Shown here: piece after piece, positions 8,598 to 18,200 of the stretch | Position numbering within the stretch: the stretch's first letter is position 1 | Layout: each line of letters starts with the position of its first letter | Made by a program: the position numbers and the translations under genes | Source: Vulcanimicrobiota bacterium | Lineage (GTDB): Bacteria > Vulcanimicrobiota > Vulcanimicrobiia > Vulcanimicrobiales > Vulcanimicrobiaceae | Direction: 5' to 3' | Assembly: GCA_027452165.1 (NCBI GenBank) | Contig: DAIDGX010000026.1 | Location: 13,769-77,768, forward strand | Length of the DNA: 64,000 bases | Notes under the pieces: generated by a model | What the model was told of the DNA's origin: nothing | Databases searched by the model: none | The model's input: only the letters and a program-made list of their open reading frames with translations

Positions 8598-9830
8598 CTA
8601 ACGGAGACCGCCAAGCACGATCGAGGTGAGGGCTTGGGTACTCACCTCCATCTGGGAGAGCACGCTCGTCCCCACGCTGACCAGAATCTGCGCTCGCGTA
8701 AACTGCGTCGTGGCCGTTCCGATGTTGAGATCGCGAATCGAGCTCTCGCTTGCGGTCTGATTGACCACTTGAATCGATGCATCGTTCGCAGCCTCGTTGA
8801 GGGAGACCATCTGCGCGCCGAGTTGCGCGCGCTCGCCTACCACCGTGGTGATCGCGTTGTCGAGTCGCGCCTCCGATGCCTGATTCGTCAACAGATCGCC
8901 GACCTGCGTCTCGCCGATGCCGAGATTGTTCGTGCTCACGCCGCCGATCGAGATCGCGATCGTCGAGCCTTCGCTCGTGCCCGTATTGACTTCGAGTGGA
9001 TGACCGTTCGTCGCCGATTGCGGCGGTATCGTTACGACGATCCCTGTCTGCCCCACGTCCGCGGTCGTAATGTTGTTGAAGTTGAACTGGAATACGGGAT
9101 TGCCGTTGTTGTCAAAGTAGGTGTACGGGCCAACGCCGGGGCCGTATTCGACGAAGTAGTTCGTCCCCGGTGTTACGTGCAACACGTTGGTCTGCGTGGG
9201 CCCAAACGACGGATCGGGGCTCGAGAGGGTAGCGGTGACCTGAATCTGCCCGGTCGTCGCATCGTACGAGTCGATCGAGAAGCTGAACTGCACCGCTTCG
9301 GTGTATGGCGATCCGTTCGTCTGTGTCGGGTCGAGGAGTTGCTGCGTGCCGCCGTTGACCAAAGGATTGGAGACGAAGAGGTTCTGTTCCGCGGTTGCTT
9401 GTTGGTTCGAGAGGCTCCCGTCGAGGAGGTTCAGGCCGTTGAAGTTCGTGTTGGCCGCGATGCGATTGACCTCGAGCAGCAACTGATTGATCTCGGTTTG
9501 AATCGCGGCGAGGTTGTCTGCCGAGTTGAGATCGGAGTTGGCCTCCACGACGAGGGATCGCGCGCGTTGAAGGATCTCCGTGATCGTCGCGAGCCCTCCG
9601 TCGGCAACGGTCAGCGCGTTGTTCGCGGTCTGCACGCTCGTGATGCCTTGCTGGAGGCCGTTGCTGACGCTTTGCAACTTCTCGGCAATGGCCAGTCCGC
9701 TCGGATCGTCCGCTGCGGAGTTGATACGCAAGCCCGAAGAGAGTTGCTTCGTGAGGTTTGCAAACGTGGCTTGGTTCTGATCGAGGTTGAGCAGAACGCT
9801 GTTGAAGCTGTCGCTGAATCCGATGCGCAT
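8598..9830 (-). CDS. fliC: Flagellin
   Basis: 410 aa. Conserved N-terminal helix region ...LSSGLRINSAADDPSGLAIAEKLQS... and conserved C-terminal region ...TQFTRAQILVSVGTSVLSQ.... The central domain is variable and N/T/Q-rich. No other flagellar genes are adjacent. Confidence 0.9.
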   Translation of the reverse strand: MRIGFSDSFNSVLLNLDQNQATFANLTKQLSSGLRINSAADDPSGLAIAEKLQSVSNGLQQGITSVQTANNALTVADGGLATITEILQRARSLVVEANSDLNSADNLAAIQTEINQLLLEVNRIAANTNFNGLNLLDGSLSNQQATAEQNLFVSNPLVNGGTQQLLDPTQTNGSPYTEAVQFSFSIDSYDATTGQIQVTATLSSPDPSFGPTQTNVLHVTPGTNYFVEYGPGVGPYTYFDNNGNPVFQFNFNNITTADVGQTGIVVTIPPQSATNGHPLEVNTGTSEGSTIAISIGGVSTNNLGIGETQVGDLLTNQASEARLDNAITTVVGERAQLGAQMVSLNEAANDASIQVVNQTASESSIRDLNIGTATTQFTRAQILVSVGTSVLSQMEVSTQALTSIVLGGLR

Positions 9831-10026
9831 CAGGTACGCACCTCATTCATCGCAGCAAAGGCTGGACATGACGAAACAGAGCCGATCATCCGTGACCGCT
9901 CCGCTTGAGGTCGCCTTCCGTGACGTGCCGTATACAGCACATCCATGTCCAGTCTGTATTCCCCCATCCTTGGTGTGAATACAGTCGCCGTAGCCTCCGG
10001 TCGGCCACGACGCCCATATAGTTCGG

Positions 10027-10034
10027 GTATCGGC
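10027..10034 (-). promoter_or_regulatory. Possible sigma-28 (FliA)-type -10 element upstream of the flagellin gene
   Basis: The minus strand reads GCCGATAC (consensus GCCGATAA) about 195 nt upstream of the flagellin ATG. The -35 region is poor (GCAA/TGCA against TAAA), so this is a weak call. Confidence 0.3.
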
Positions 10035-10112
10035 ACGCTAACCAAATGCTTGCAATCGATTAGCGTCCCATAGTGTAAATGTTCGGCTCAGCCGCCGAAC
10101 CCTTGTAGTGCG

Positions 10113-13100
10113 ATGGGTCGGCCATTGCAGGTTTTTGGCCTGCTCCTCATGATTATTGGACTGCTTGGGACGATGCTGGTGGAATCCGGCAACCCCGGGC
10201 TGGTTGCTCTTGCCGACCCCTGCGTGCCCGCGGGCACGCCCACCCCGCCGGCCGCGCCTTCAAGGCGCCAGCCTGGCATCGCGACGGCCGCCCCGCAAGC
10301 CACCGGCACGCCCGCCACCGTCATTCCGCCCCGTTCATCCTATTGGCATGCCCACGCCGACGGCGTGGATGGCGCTGGATCTCGCGAAATGGAGGTGGCG
10401 GCTCTGTCCCCACCACTCTTAACACCGCCACCGGTGAGCCCAACCCCCATCCCAACGCCGCCGCGCGCCACGCCCGAACCGCTGCCGCCGGGGAGTTATC
10501 CCGTCTTCGCGCCTACCGAGAACCTCACGACCCCTTCGCCTACCCCAGCTCCCATTCAGACCACGACCCCGGCCCCAACCGCGAGTCCAGGGCTGCCGCC
10601 TTGCCCCTCGCACAAGCACCATCTCTTTGGCGATGGTCCGATCGAGATCTCGGGCTCGGGTGCGCTTGACCTTGGGTCACATCACGTCGCCAACACGACC
10701 TATACGCAGACGCAGGCCCAGACGAGCCTCGCGATGACCTTCTCGGTCACCCGGCGCACCGAGCAGTCCTCGCTCGTTATTTCGCAAGCCCTGGGCGATT
10801 ACAACGGCAATTACAACTCCGGGCAGATCAACGTCGGCTACAGCACGCCGAGCTATCTACTGAATTACGGCACTGTGAACGGCCCGGCTGATACGCAACT
10901 CTCGAGCGGAGCCTTCAACCAGGGCCTTATGCTTGGCATTCCCGTCGGTACCTCGGAGTGGGACCTCATTGGGGCACACACGCAGGGTGTCAACGGCGAA
11001 GGCTATCGCGTTGGAGCGATCCGCCATACGAGCACGACCCGCAAGGGGGCATACGTGTCTCAGACGCTTTACGACGCAATCGGCGATCAATCACACGCGA
11101 ATGCCGCGACCCTCGATCTCTCGTATAGCCTCTTCCATGGGATGAACTCGCAACGTTTCGAGACCGCGATCGATTCGGTACGCCACGTTCCCGGTGTTCC
11201 GGACGGCATGCGACTCGCCTATGCTACGAACCTGAACTTCAGTGGTGGTGCGACCGCGACGAGTATTAGCTACACCCACCTACCCAATGCGTTCGTCGCG
11301 CTTGGGCAGGTGCAGTTCGAGCAGTCGCAACTCCAGATCACACGCCGCAACCCGCTCTTTCACGGTGTCCTCACCTTCGACTTCGGCGATCTGTTCTCGT
11401 CGTATTCGGGCTCCTCGACGCGGACCGAACACGCAGCCTTTAATCTCAACCTCCCGCTCGGGATGCACGCGAGCTCGCAGTGGCTCGTGAATTTCTCCAC
11501 GACAAGCTCCGAAGGTGATGTGGCGCGCGAGCGCGACGTTGCGCTCGCCATGAACGAACAGATACGCGGTTTTACGCTGCAACAGACGGCGCAGGAAAGC
11601 ACCGTGAACGATACGCTCGCCGGTGTAGCGACGCAACGGCAGTTTGCTGCGGCGCTTTCCCACGGACTCTTCGGCGGCTATATCTCGCTCCAGAGCAGCA
11701 TGCTCTCGGGACACAGCGCCGGCGGTACCCAGCAGCTCACGGATTCGGTCGCGCAGTTCACCCGTCAGATCGGGGCAAAGGCGGAAATCTCGCTTTCGGC
11801 CGAGGCGTTGCGAAACGCGATCCTTGGGCCCGGTTCTGCGACGAACCAGTTTACGACCACGGTGAGCCTGTTGCGGCGCTTCTCGCCGGTCGTGGGCTTG
11901 CGTGCAACCTACGGACGCACGCACCAGAGCGGCGTCTTTGGCGGTGCAGCATCCTACCTGAATTTTGATATCGTCGGGCCGCTTGCGATCGGCTCGGCCG
12001 CACGCTACACCGGGCGCGCGAATCCGAACCTTCCAGCGATCATCCAAGGCCATGTGTATCTTGCGACCGAGGCTGCCGGCTACGGTCTCGCCTCGCAACA
12101 GGGCTTCCCGAACGTGCTCGTGACCCTCGATGGCGGCCTAACGGAGCGCACCGACGCAAGCGGCTCCTACGAGTTTCGTTTTGTGAAGCCTGGGGCGCAC
12201 ATCGTCTCGATCTCGACGGGGACGCTGCCAGCCGGCGTCATCGCGGATGCGAGCACGCGCAGTCTCGAGGTGCAGGGTGGCCAGATCGCGACCGTCGATT
12301 TCTCGGCTGGGCAGTTTGCCGCGGTCGGCGGCAGAGTGGACGAGCGTATCGACGGGAAGCTTGTGCCGGTACCGAACGTCTTGCTGCTCGTGGACGGCAA
12401 GCAGCAAGGGTATACGGGCGAGGACGGCACCTACCAGATCGGGCATCTAAGCGGCGGGAGGCACACGATCGCGGTTTCCACCGATTCCCTTCCCGCGACG
12501 CTTGCGGTTGAGGGGACGAGTTCGCACAGCGTGGAGGTCTCAACCGGCAACGTGACGCCGGTCAACTGGGTGCTCGTCGGGCTCGGGTCGATTCGCGGCT
12601 CCGTGCTCTATACCGCGGACGCCGGCTTTGGTGATTTAGTGGGCGCCCCCAACGTCTACGTCGTGGCGCACCCGGGCCAGCATGCTGCCATCACCGATGC
12701 CGACGGCCACTTCATCATCGACAACCTCGCCCCGGGAGCTTATACCCTCACCCTCGACAACGATACGCTGCCGGAAGGGCAGGGGATTATCCAGGGCCCC
12801 GATGGAGAGGTTGATGTGGTGGGCGGCCAAGCGACCGAGGGGGTGACGTTTAAGGTCGGACCGCAGGCAAAAGAAGTCATCATGACCTTTGGTGGCGGGT
12901 CCGAGGCGGCCGTCAGCGCAAGCTTCGAGCCGAGTAAGGCGCCTCCGAACTCCATCGTCGAATTGGTGGTGACGACGAACGAAGCGCATCCGACCTCGGT
13001 TATCGCCCAGTCCGACCTCTTCGGCACGCTGCCGTTGCACTACGTAGCCAAGCGGCACGCATGGATTGCACGGCTCCTGGTTGCCCCCTCGGTCGCCAAT

Positions 13101-13430
13101 GGCGACCACCCGGTCCATGTAGAAGTGAAAGGCGAAAAGAACGGCAGCACCGACACCGCGCTCACCGTGAATAACGCCCTTCCGCTAATCTATGCCCGCG
13201 GTACGCCCGCGCGACCGCTCCCAGGCCAAGAGGTTCGGGTCGTCGCCAGAATTTTCGCTGACGTGCGCGCGGGCGACGAAGTCGTGCTCGAAGATGGCCA
13301 AACCTTCGAGCTCCCGGCCCCCCGTGGGCACATCTTTGCCTTCTCAATCCACGTGCGCCACCCGCTCCCTTACCATGGGCTGATCCTCACCCGGACGGGG
13401 CAAAGGCTGCCATTCGTAATAGGACCGTGA
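10113..13430 (+). CDS. Large secreted/envelope protein: N-terminal hydrophobic anchor, Pro/Thr-rich linker, beta-rich barrel-like region, then three CarboxypepD_reg/Cna-B-like domains. First gene of the secreted locus.
   Basis: 1105 aa. N-terminus MGRPLQVFGLLLMIIGLLGTMLV. About 150 aa of P/T/A-rich linker. About 450 aa with alternating polar/hydrophobic strands (LAMTFSVTRR..., LDLSYSLF..., VLTFDFGDLF...). Three repeats of the DG.Y.F..L.PG.H.I pattern (SGSYEFRFVKPGAHIVSIS, DGTYQIGHLSGGRHTIAVS, DGHFIIDNLAPGAYTLTLD). Confidence 0.7.
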   Translation: MGRPLQVFGLLLMIIGLLGTMLVESGNPGLVALADPCVPAGTPTPPAAPSRRQPGIATAAPQATGTPATVIPPRSSYWHAHADGVDGAGSREMEVAALSPPLLTPPPVSPTPIPTPPRATPEPLPPGSYPVFAPTENLTTPSPTPAPIQTTTPAPTASPGLPPCPSHKHHLFGDGPIEISGSGALDLGSHHVANTTYTQTQAQTSLAMTFSVTRRTEQSSLVISQALGDYNGNYNSGQINVGYSTPSYLLNYGTVNGPADTQLSSGAFNQGLMLGIPVGTSEWDLIGAHTQGVNGEGYRVGAIRHTSTTRKGAYVSQTLYDAIGDQSHANAATLDLSYSLFHGMNSQRFETAIDSVRHVPGVPDGMRLAYATNLNFSGGATATSISYTHLPNAFVALGQVQFEQSQLQITRRNPLFHGVLTFDFGDLFSSYSGSSTRTEHAAFNLNLPLGMHASSQWLVNFSTTSSEGDVARERDVALAMNEQIRGFTLQQTAQESTVNDTLAGVATQRQFAAALSHGLFGGYISLQSSMLSGHSAGGTQQLTDSVAQFTRQIGAKAEISLSAEALRNAILGPGSATNQFTTTVSLLRRFSPVVGLRATYGRTHQSGVFGGAASYLNFDIVGPLAIGSAARYTGRANPNLPAIIQGHVYLATEAAGYGLASQQGFPNVLVTLDGGLTERTDASGSYEFRFVKPGAHIVSISTGTLPAGVIADASTRSLEVQGGQIATVDFSAGQFAAVGGRVDERIDGKLVPVPNVLLLVDGKQQGYTGEDGTYQIGHLSGGRHTIAVSTDSLPATLAVEGTSSHSVEVSTGNVTPVNWVLVGLGSIRGSVLYTADAGFGDLVGAPNVYVVAHPGQHAAITDADGHFIIDNLAPGAYTLTLDNDTLPEGQGIIQGPDGEVDVVGGQATEGVTFKVGPQAKEVIMTFGGGSEAAVSASFEPSKAPPNSIVELVVTTNEAHPTSVIAQSDLFGTLPLHYVAKRHAWIARLLVAPSVANGDHPVHVEVKGEKNGSTDTALTVNNALPLIYARGTPARPLPGQEVRVVARIFADVRAGDEVVLEDGQTFELPAPRGHIFAFSIHVRHPLPYHGLILTRTGQRLPFVIGP

Positions 13431-13597
13431 GGGAGAGGTAAACGCGTAGTAAAGAATGCTCGCGGGGCCTTTAAAGACATGAGGGCCTGCTCGTTCGATG
13501 CCGAAGAAGAGAATGTGGACGTGTGAGGAGTGCGCGTTCGCGAGGCTCGGTAGATTGCCAGCCGTCTTTAGCATATGCACGAGAAAGGATTCCTCGA

Positions 13598-14371
13598 GTG
13601 AAGCGAGCTCTAACTTTAGCAGCGATGCTTGCCGGCGCGGCGATCGTGACCGGACAAGCCCTCGCAGCAGGCACCGTGAACCAATATGGTTCCGTTAAAC
13701 TCCAGTGGAACGTCGCGGTAGCGATGAACGCCGCCGTCCACACGAACTACACCGGCGCTTTCGCCAACGGTGGCGCCAGCGCGACCGTCGATTATCCCGC
13801 GGGTGCGGGATCGTGCGGCGGCGCATCGCCCGTGACCGTGACCGGTCAGACCGACCTAAACATCGTGTACGGAACGATCACCCCGTCGTTTAGCGGCACC
13901 ACCGGTTGTAATTACGAGAACGCCGTCGGCGTCTCGGTGCAGACCAACGATTCGAGCGGTTTTGCGGTGTACGAGTACCTCGACACGGCCCTTCCGTCCG
14001 GCACCAACCTCTGCGCCTTCCCGAATAACGCCACGAAGACGTTCCCCATCACGGCCGCAGCTTCGATCACGACGTCGCAGTGGACGACCGCCCCTGCTGC
14101 CTACTCCGGTTCGTGCGCAGCAGGCGGTGCCTCGCTGACCAATGCCGGCACGATCACGAACGCTGGCGTCGCTCCGGTCCAGCCGAGCGCCACCTACACC
14201 GGCGAGTATGCCTCGGCGGCAGCCGCGACCGGCCAGCAGTTTATCAACTACACGACGGCTGCCGGAACGGCGGTCCTCGCGGGTGAAGATCTGCAGTTGA
14301 ACGTGGCAAGCAGCGCAGCGTCGGGTACCAACATCTCCGACGTGATGACGCTCCAGTTCGTCGCGAACTAA
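13598..14371 (+). CDS. Secreted small subunit-like protein with the shared beta-rich module (paralog of 19385-20062)
   Basis: GTG at 13598 with AAAGGA 8 nt upstream. Signal peptide VKRALTLAAMLAGAAIVTGQALA. Motifs GSVKLQWNV and VSVQTNDSSGFAVYEY. C-terminus MTLQFVAN-stop. Confidence 0.7.
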   Translation: MKRALTLAAMLAGAAIVTGQALAAGTVNQYGSVKLQWNVAVAMNAAVHTNYTGAFANGGASATVDYPAGAGSCGGASPVTVTGQTDLNIVYGTITPSFSGTTGCNYENAVGVSVQTNDSSGFAVYEYLDTALPSGTNLCAFPNNATKTFPITAAASITTSQWTTAPAAYSGSCAAGGASLTNAGTITNAGVAPVQPSATYTGEYASAAAATGQQFINYTTAAGTAVLAGEDLQLNVASSAASGTNISDVMTLQFVAN

Positions 14372-14417
14372 TCAACGAACTGGCAACGACTGATAGGAGA
14401 GATTCGTCGAACCGAAT

Positions 14418-15209
14418 ATGACGGGTGGAATGAAACGGTACTTCCGGGCCCTCGTGGCCACCGCCCTGGTCGTTCTCGCGACCGCATATCCGGCTACGGC
14501 GGATCTCTCTCTTGATGTCGCACCGGCGAAGATCGAGATGCAAGTCACTCCGGGAACGCCACAAACGATCCCCATCACCGTTCGAAACAGCAGCGCCTCA
14601 CCGATGCACATTCAGGCGACGCTCGTGGACTACAAAGTGGGGCCCGGAGGGGACTACATCTTCTCAAAACCGGGAACCGATCGCTTCTCGCTCTCGAAAT
14701 GGGCAACGGTCAACCCGCGCGAGTTTGATATCCCGCCTAACTCGTTTCAACTCGTGCGCATGACCATCAACGTCCCACACGGCATCTCCGGTGAGTATTC
14801 GGGCATCGCATTTTTCCAAACGCGGCCCCTGCGTCATCAGGGTGGCGGGATCTCGTTCTCGGAGCGTGTAGCGTCAAAGGTATACCTCTACAGCGGAGCG
14901 ATTCGCTTGGACGGTGCCGTTGACGACATAGCAGTGAAGCAGACGCCGATCGGCCAGCGGTTTCTCATCGGATTTAAAAATACGGGTAACGCGCATCTTT
15001 ATCTGAACGGGCGCATCGAAATTCGCAAAGGATCGGACGTGGTGGCGCGCGTCCAGCTTCCACAGCAACAGCTTGTCGAGCGCGGCGGTCGCCGCATCAT
15101 CGAAGCGTACAGTCAGAAACTTCCCGCCGGAAGATATACGGCGCTCGCGCTGATCGATTTCGGCGGACCGAATCTCGCAGGCGGACAGACCTCGTTCGTC
15201 GTTAAGTAG
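14418..15209 (+). CDS. Secreted protein of two beta-sandwich domains, resembling PapD-type chaperones or DUF916/DUF3324 (CscA/WxL-interacting) proteins
   Basis: 263 aa. Signal peptide ...LVVLATAYPATA. First half: LDVAPAKIEMQVTPGTPQTIPITVRNSSASPMHIQATLVDY...WATVNPREFDIPPNSFQLVRMTINVPHGISGEYSGIAFF. The second half has a similar strand pattern. There is no C-terminal TM. Confidence 0.6.
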   Translation: MTGGMKRYFRALVATALVVLATAYPATADLSLDVAPAKIEMQVTPGTPQTIPITVRNSSASPMHIQATLVDYKVGPGGDYIFSKPGTDRFSLSKWATVNPREFDIPPNSFQLVRMTINVPHGISGEYSGIAFFQTRPLRHQGGGISFSERVASKVYLYSGAIRLDGAVDDIAVKQTPIGQRFLIGFKNTGNAHLYLNGRIEIRKGSDVVARVQLPQQQLVERGGRRIIEAYSQKLPAGRYTALALIDFGGPNLAGGQTSFVVK

Positions 15210-15278
15210 CGGCGTCAACGAACCACCCCCGGAGCGGATGCCGGGCGGAATGACAACTAAGGAGAGTGTGGGAACAGA

Positions 15279-18200
15279 ATGTCTCGGTACGCACGGTTTG
15301 TTCTGACGCTTCTCGCGATCGTTGCATCGATCGTCGGGGTGCTCGGCGGTGCGCGTATCGCTGCGGCGACCCCGCCGTCACTGGCCATCGTTCGTCCGCC
15401 GGTTCCACATCCGATCCCAATCTTCACGCCCAATCCAGTGCAGCCGGTCCCGCTGCGCACACCGAACCTTCCGCTTGCCACGGCATCGCCGAGTGCTTCG
15501 CCGGCGTCAGGGGCTCTGAGCCCGCCTGGACCGGTTCAAACGACGTGGAGACTGGTGCACAACGCGCCGCGCCCGCCGTATTGGCCCAAGCTCTCCTCTT
15601 TTTTGGTGAAAACCGGCCCGCATACGATGGGCGTGCGCCAATTACGTCCGTTGCTAACCACCCATGGGGTGCGCGTGACGCCGATGTCGGCAAACGGTGC
15701 GACGATCATCCTTACCGGCGACCAGAGCAACTACTACACGAACGACATCACGCTCGAATATGGCGCGGACGTGTATCTGTCATGCCAAAATATGCCGACG
15801 AACGGTCGTTACACGTTTTACGTCTATCCGCCGAACGGTTCGTTTGCAAACAACGGCACCTATACCGCCAGCATGCGTGCGAACTACACGAACAACAGCT
15901 GTAATAACTACTTGAATTTCAACCTTTCGACGCCGTTCGGAGGTATCAACAACGGTGGCGGTACGACCGTCGGTGCCGATCCCGCCTACCCGGGCGTATG
16001 GATCGTGGCGCTCTACAACGGCACGCAATTCATTACCGAGACCGCGATCATCGCCAACTCGACGATCGATTTCAATACGTACGCGAACCTCGGTCTGACG
16101 ACGCCGACGAACGACTTCAATCCGGGTAGCAGTATCGTCGTCGGCGCCTCCGGCTTGAATCCGTCGCATAGCTATGCGCTGGGCTGGGTTTTCACCGGCG
16201 GCAGCGGCCTTCCGTGCGAGTTTACGGTGCCGAGCGCCGCGAAGGACAACAACAACGCCGTCTGCTTTACCGGTACGACGACCGGCCTGCAGGCTTTCGG
16301 TGGAAACCTTACACAGTATTGGGGTCCGGCGAGTTCGCCTTCGACGAACTCAGCGCCGACAGGCACCTACGACGTCGAACTCTACGATACGACCGATAGC
16401 ATTATGGTCTCGCATCAGCAGATATCGGTCGAGCCGTCGACCGTCGGTTGGACCCTGACGCCATATAACTCTTCCGGGGCAACGCCCCCTCCGGGCTTTA
16501 ACTACGGTGACACCTACGCGACCGACGGTCTGCTCGACCAATCGGTCACGGGTCTAACCTATGCGGCAACCAACATTGGCGGCGCGAACGGCAACACGAT
16601 TCGGCTCTCGATCAGCGATCCGAACGGCGTCGTGCTTACGCAGATGCAAAGCTACCTGCCGGGGCTTCCGGTGCTGACCGCTCCGCCGACGGCGACCGAG
16701 GCGGGCGGAGGATTCACGAAGCAAGTTGCCTTCCCGCTGCAGCAGACATATTATGAGGCGCTTGGCCCGACACAGACCCCGTTTGCCCCCAACGTGCTCA
16801 CGGCGCAGTTGTACGATACGAACACCGGCGCGATTTTGGGTAGTAAGTCGTTTACACTACTGGGCTACTACGCACAAGATAATTGGTCCACCAACGCGAT
16901 TTTGCAGGCTGGCACCACCCCGACCACCGGCACCGTGGTTATCAAGAATACCGGCGGCTCGAACTATGGGTCATGGAACGGCGACGCGATCAGCGGCGTC
17001 ACGATCGCCACGATCCCCGCGAACGGCGAGGTTCTCGGCCTCTCCTCGACCACGGCGGTGGACTCTGCTGGTAACGCGTGGACGATCTCCTCAAGTGGTT
17101 CCGGCGTCAATACGGTGATCACAGCGACGACGAACCAGCGTAACGTCGGCATCCCCGTCGGCGGCACCCTGCAGTTCAACGTCACCGTCGCGATTCCAAC
17201 CGGTGACTGCTTGACGCCATGCGATCTTCCCACGCAGATTTTGCCCGAGCACGGCATCGCCTACAGCGCGACCGATACGGCGTCACAGGCGCTGCAAGTG
17301 CTTTCGAACTCGGTATCGCCGGGCTCGGTGGTGCCGACTGAGGCATGGGCCGTGACGTCGGAAACGGCCACCGCGAATATGGCCGCACGTGTTGCAGCTT
17401 ACGATCACATGGCGTACATCTACGGCACCGCGAACTCGCCGTCCACCGATTACTACACCTACAACGTGACCCTCGACAATGTCGTGTCGGCGGGCAACCA
17501 TCGACTCTCCGAGGTGGAATTTACCTTCCCGTCAGCGGTTGACTTGAACGCAGAAGCTGCCAACATCACGTTTACGCCACCCGCCGGAACGGGTACCTGG
17601 GCCCTCTACACCAACTCGTCGTTTAACGCGAACTTCGTGCAGCCGCTGGGTACCGCCGGACAGAACGTCATCGCGTTTGCGTGTCGTCAAAATACGCCGG
17701 ATACGTGCGGCATCCCGGTCGGAAGCTCGGGAACCTTCCAGATCAATATTCCGCTCTTCACGACCTCCTTTACCGAGACGAACATCACGGCGTTGGCCAA
17801 TTTCGACAATGGCAACGCGTACGGAAATTGCGGTTCGTGCGCCGATGCATCTTACACGCTCGATCCGACGCAGACAACCGTCAACGCGATCGCAGGTGTG
17901 ACGAACGTGAACTCCTCGGAGATCGGGAGCTACTCGTTCAATCCGACGCTGATGTCGATGAACTTCCAACCGAATACTGTCGGCACCGGTGCTGGCTCAA
18001 CGTCGGCGTCACTGGACTTTACCAACACTCCTGCCTCACGCGATCCAAATCCAGATTATGTGGACGAGGTCGATCTCTTGTTCCCGGCGGGTACCGACCC
18101 GACGAGCATCACGGTGCCTTCGGGGTGGTATTCATTCGAGACCGCGGCGGGCAGCCGCCACTGGAAGATCGCGCTCTGTGCCGCACCTGGACCGACGAAT

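Noticed and set aside
8577-9908. 443-aa plus-strand ORF covering the whole flagellin locus.
   Set aside because: It is antisense to an unmistakable flagellin gene. The translation is Arg/Val/Asp-rich without any domain signature.
13431-13597. Possible promoter or hairpin elements in the 167-nt gap inside the secreted locus (for example TTGCCA ... TATGCA).
   Set aside because: The spacing between the candidate -35 and -10 hexamers (13 nt) is wrong, and there is no convincing terminator hairpin. The evidence is too weak to annotate.
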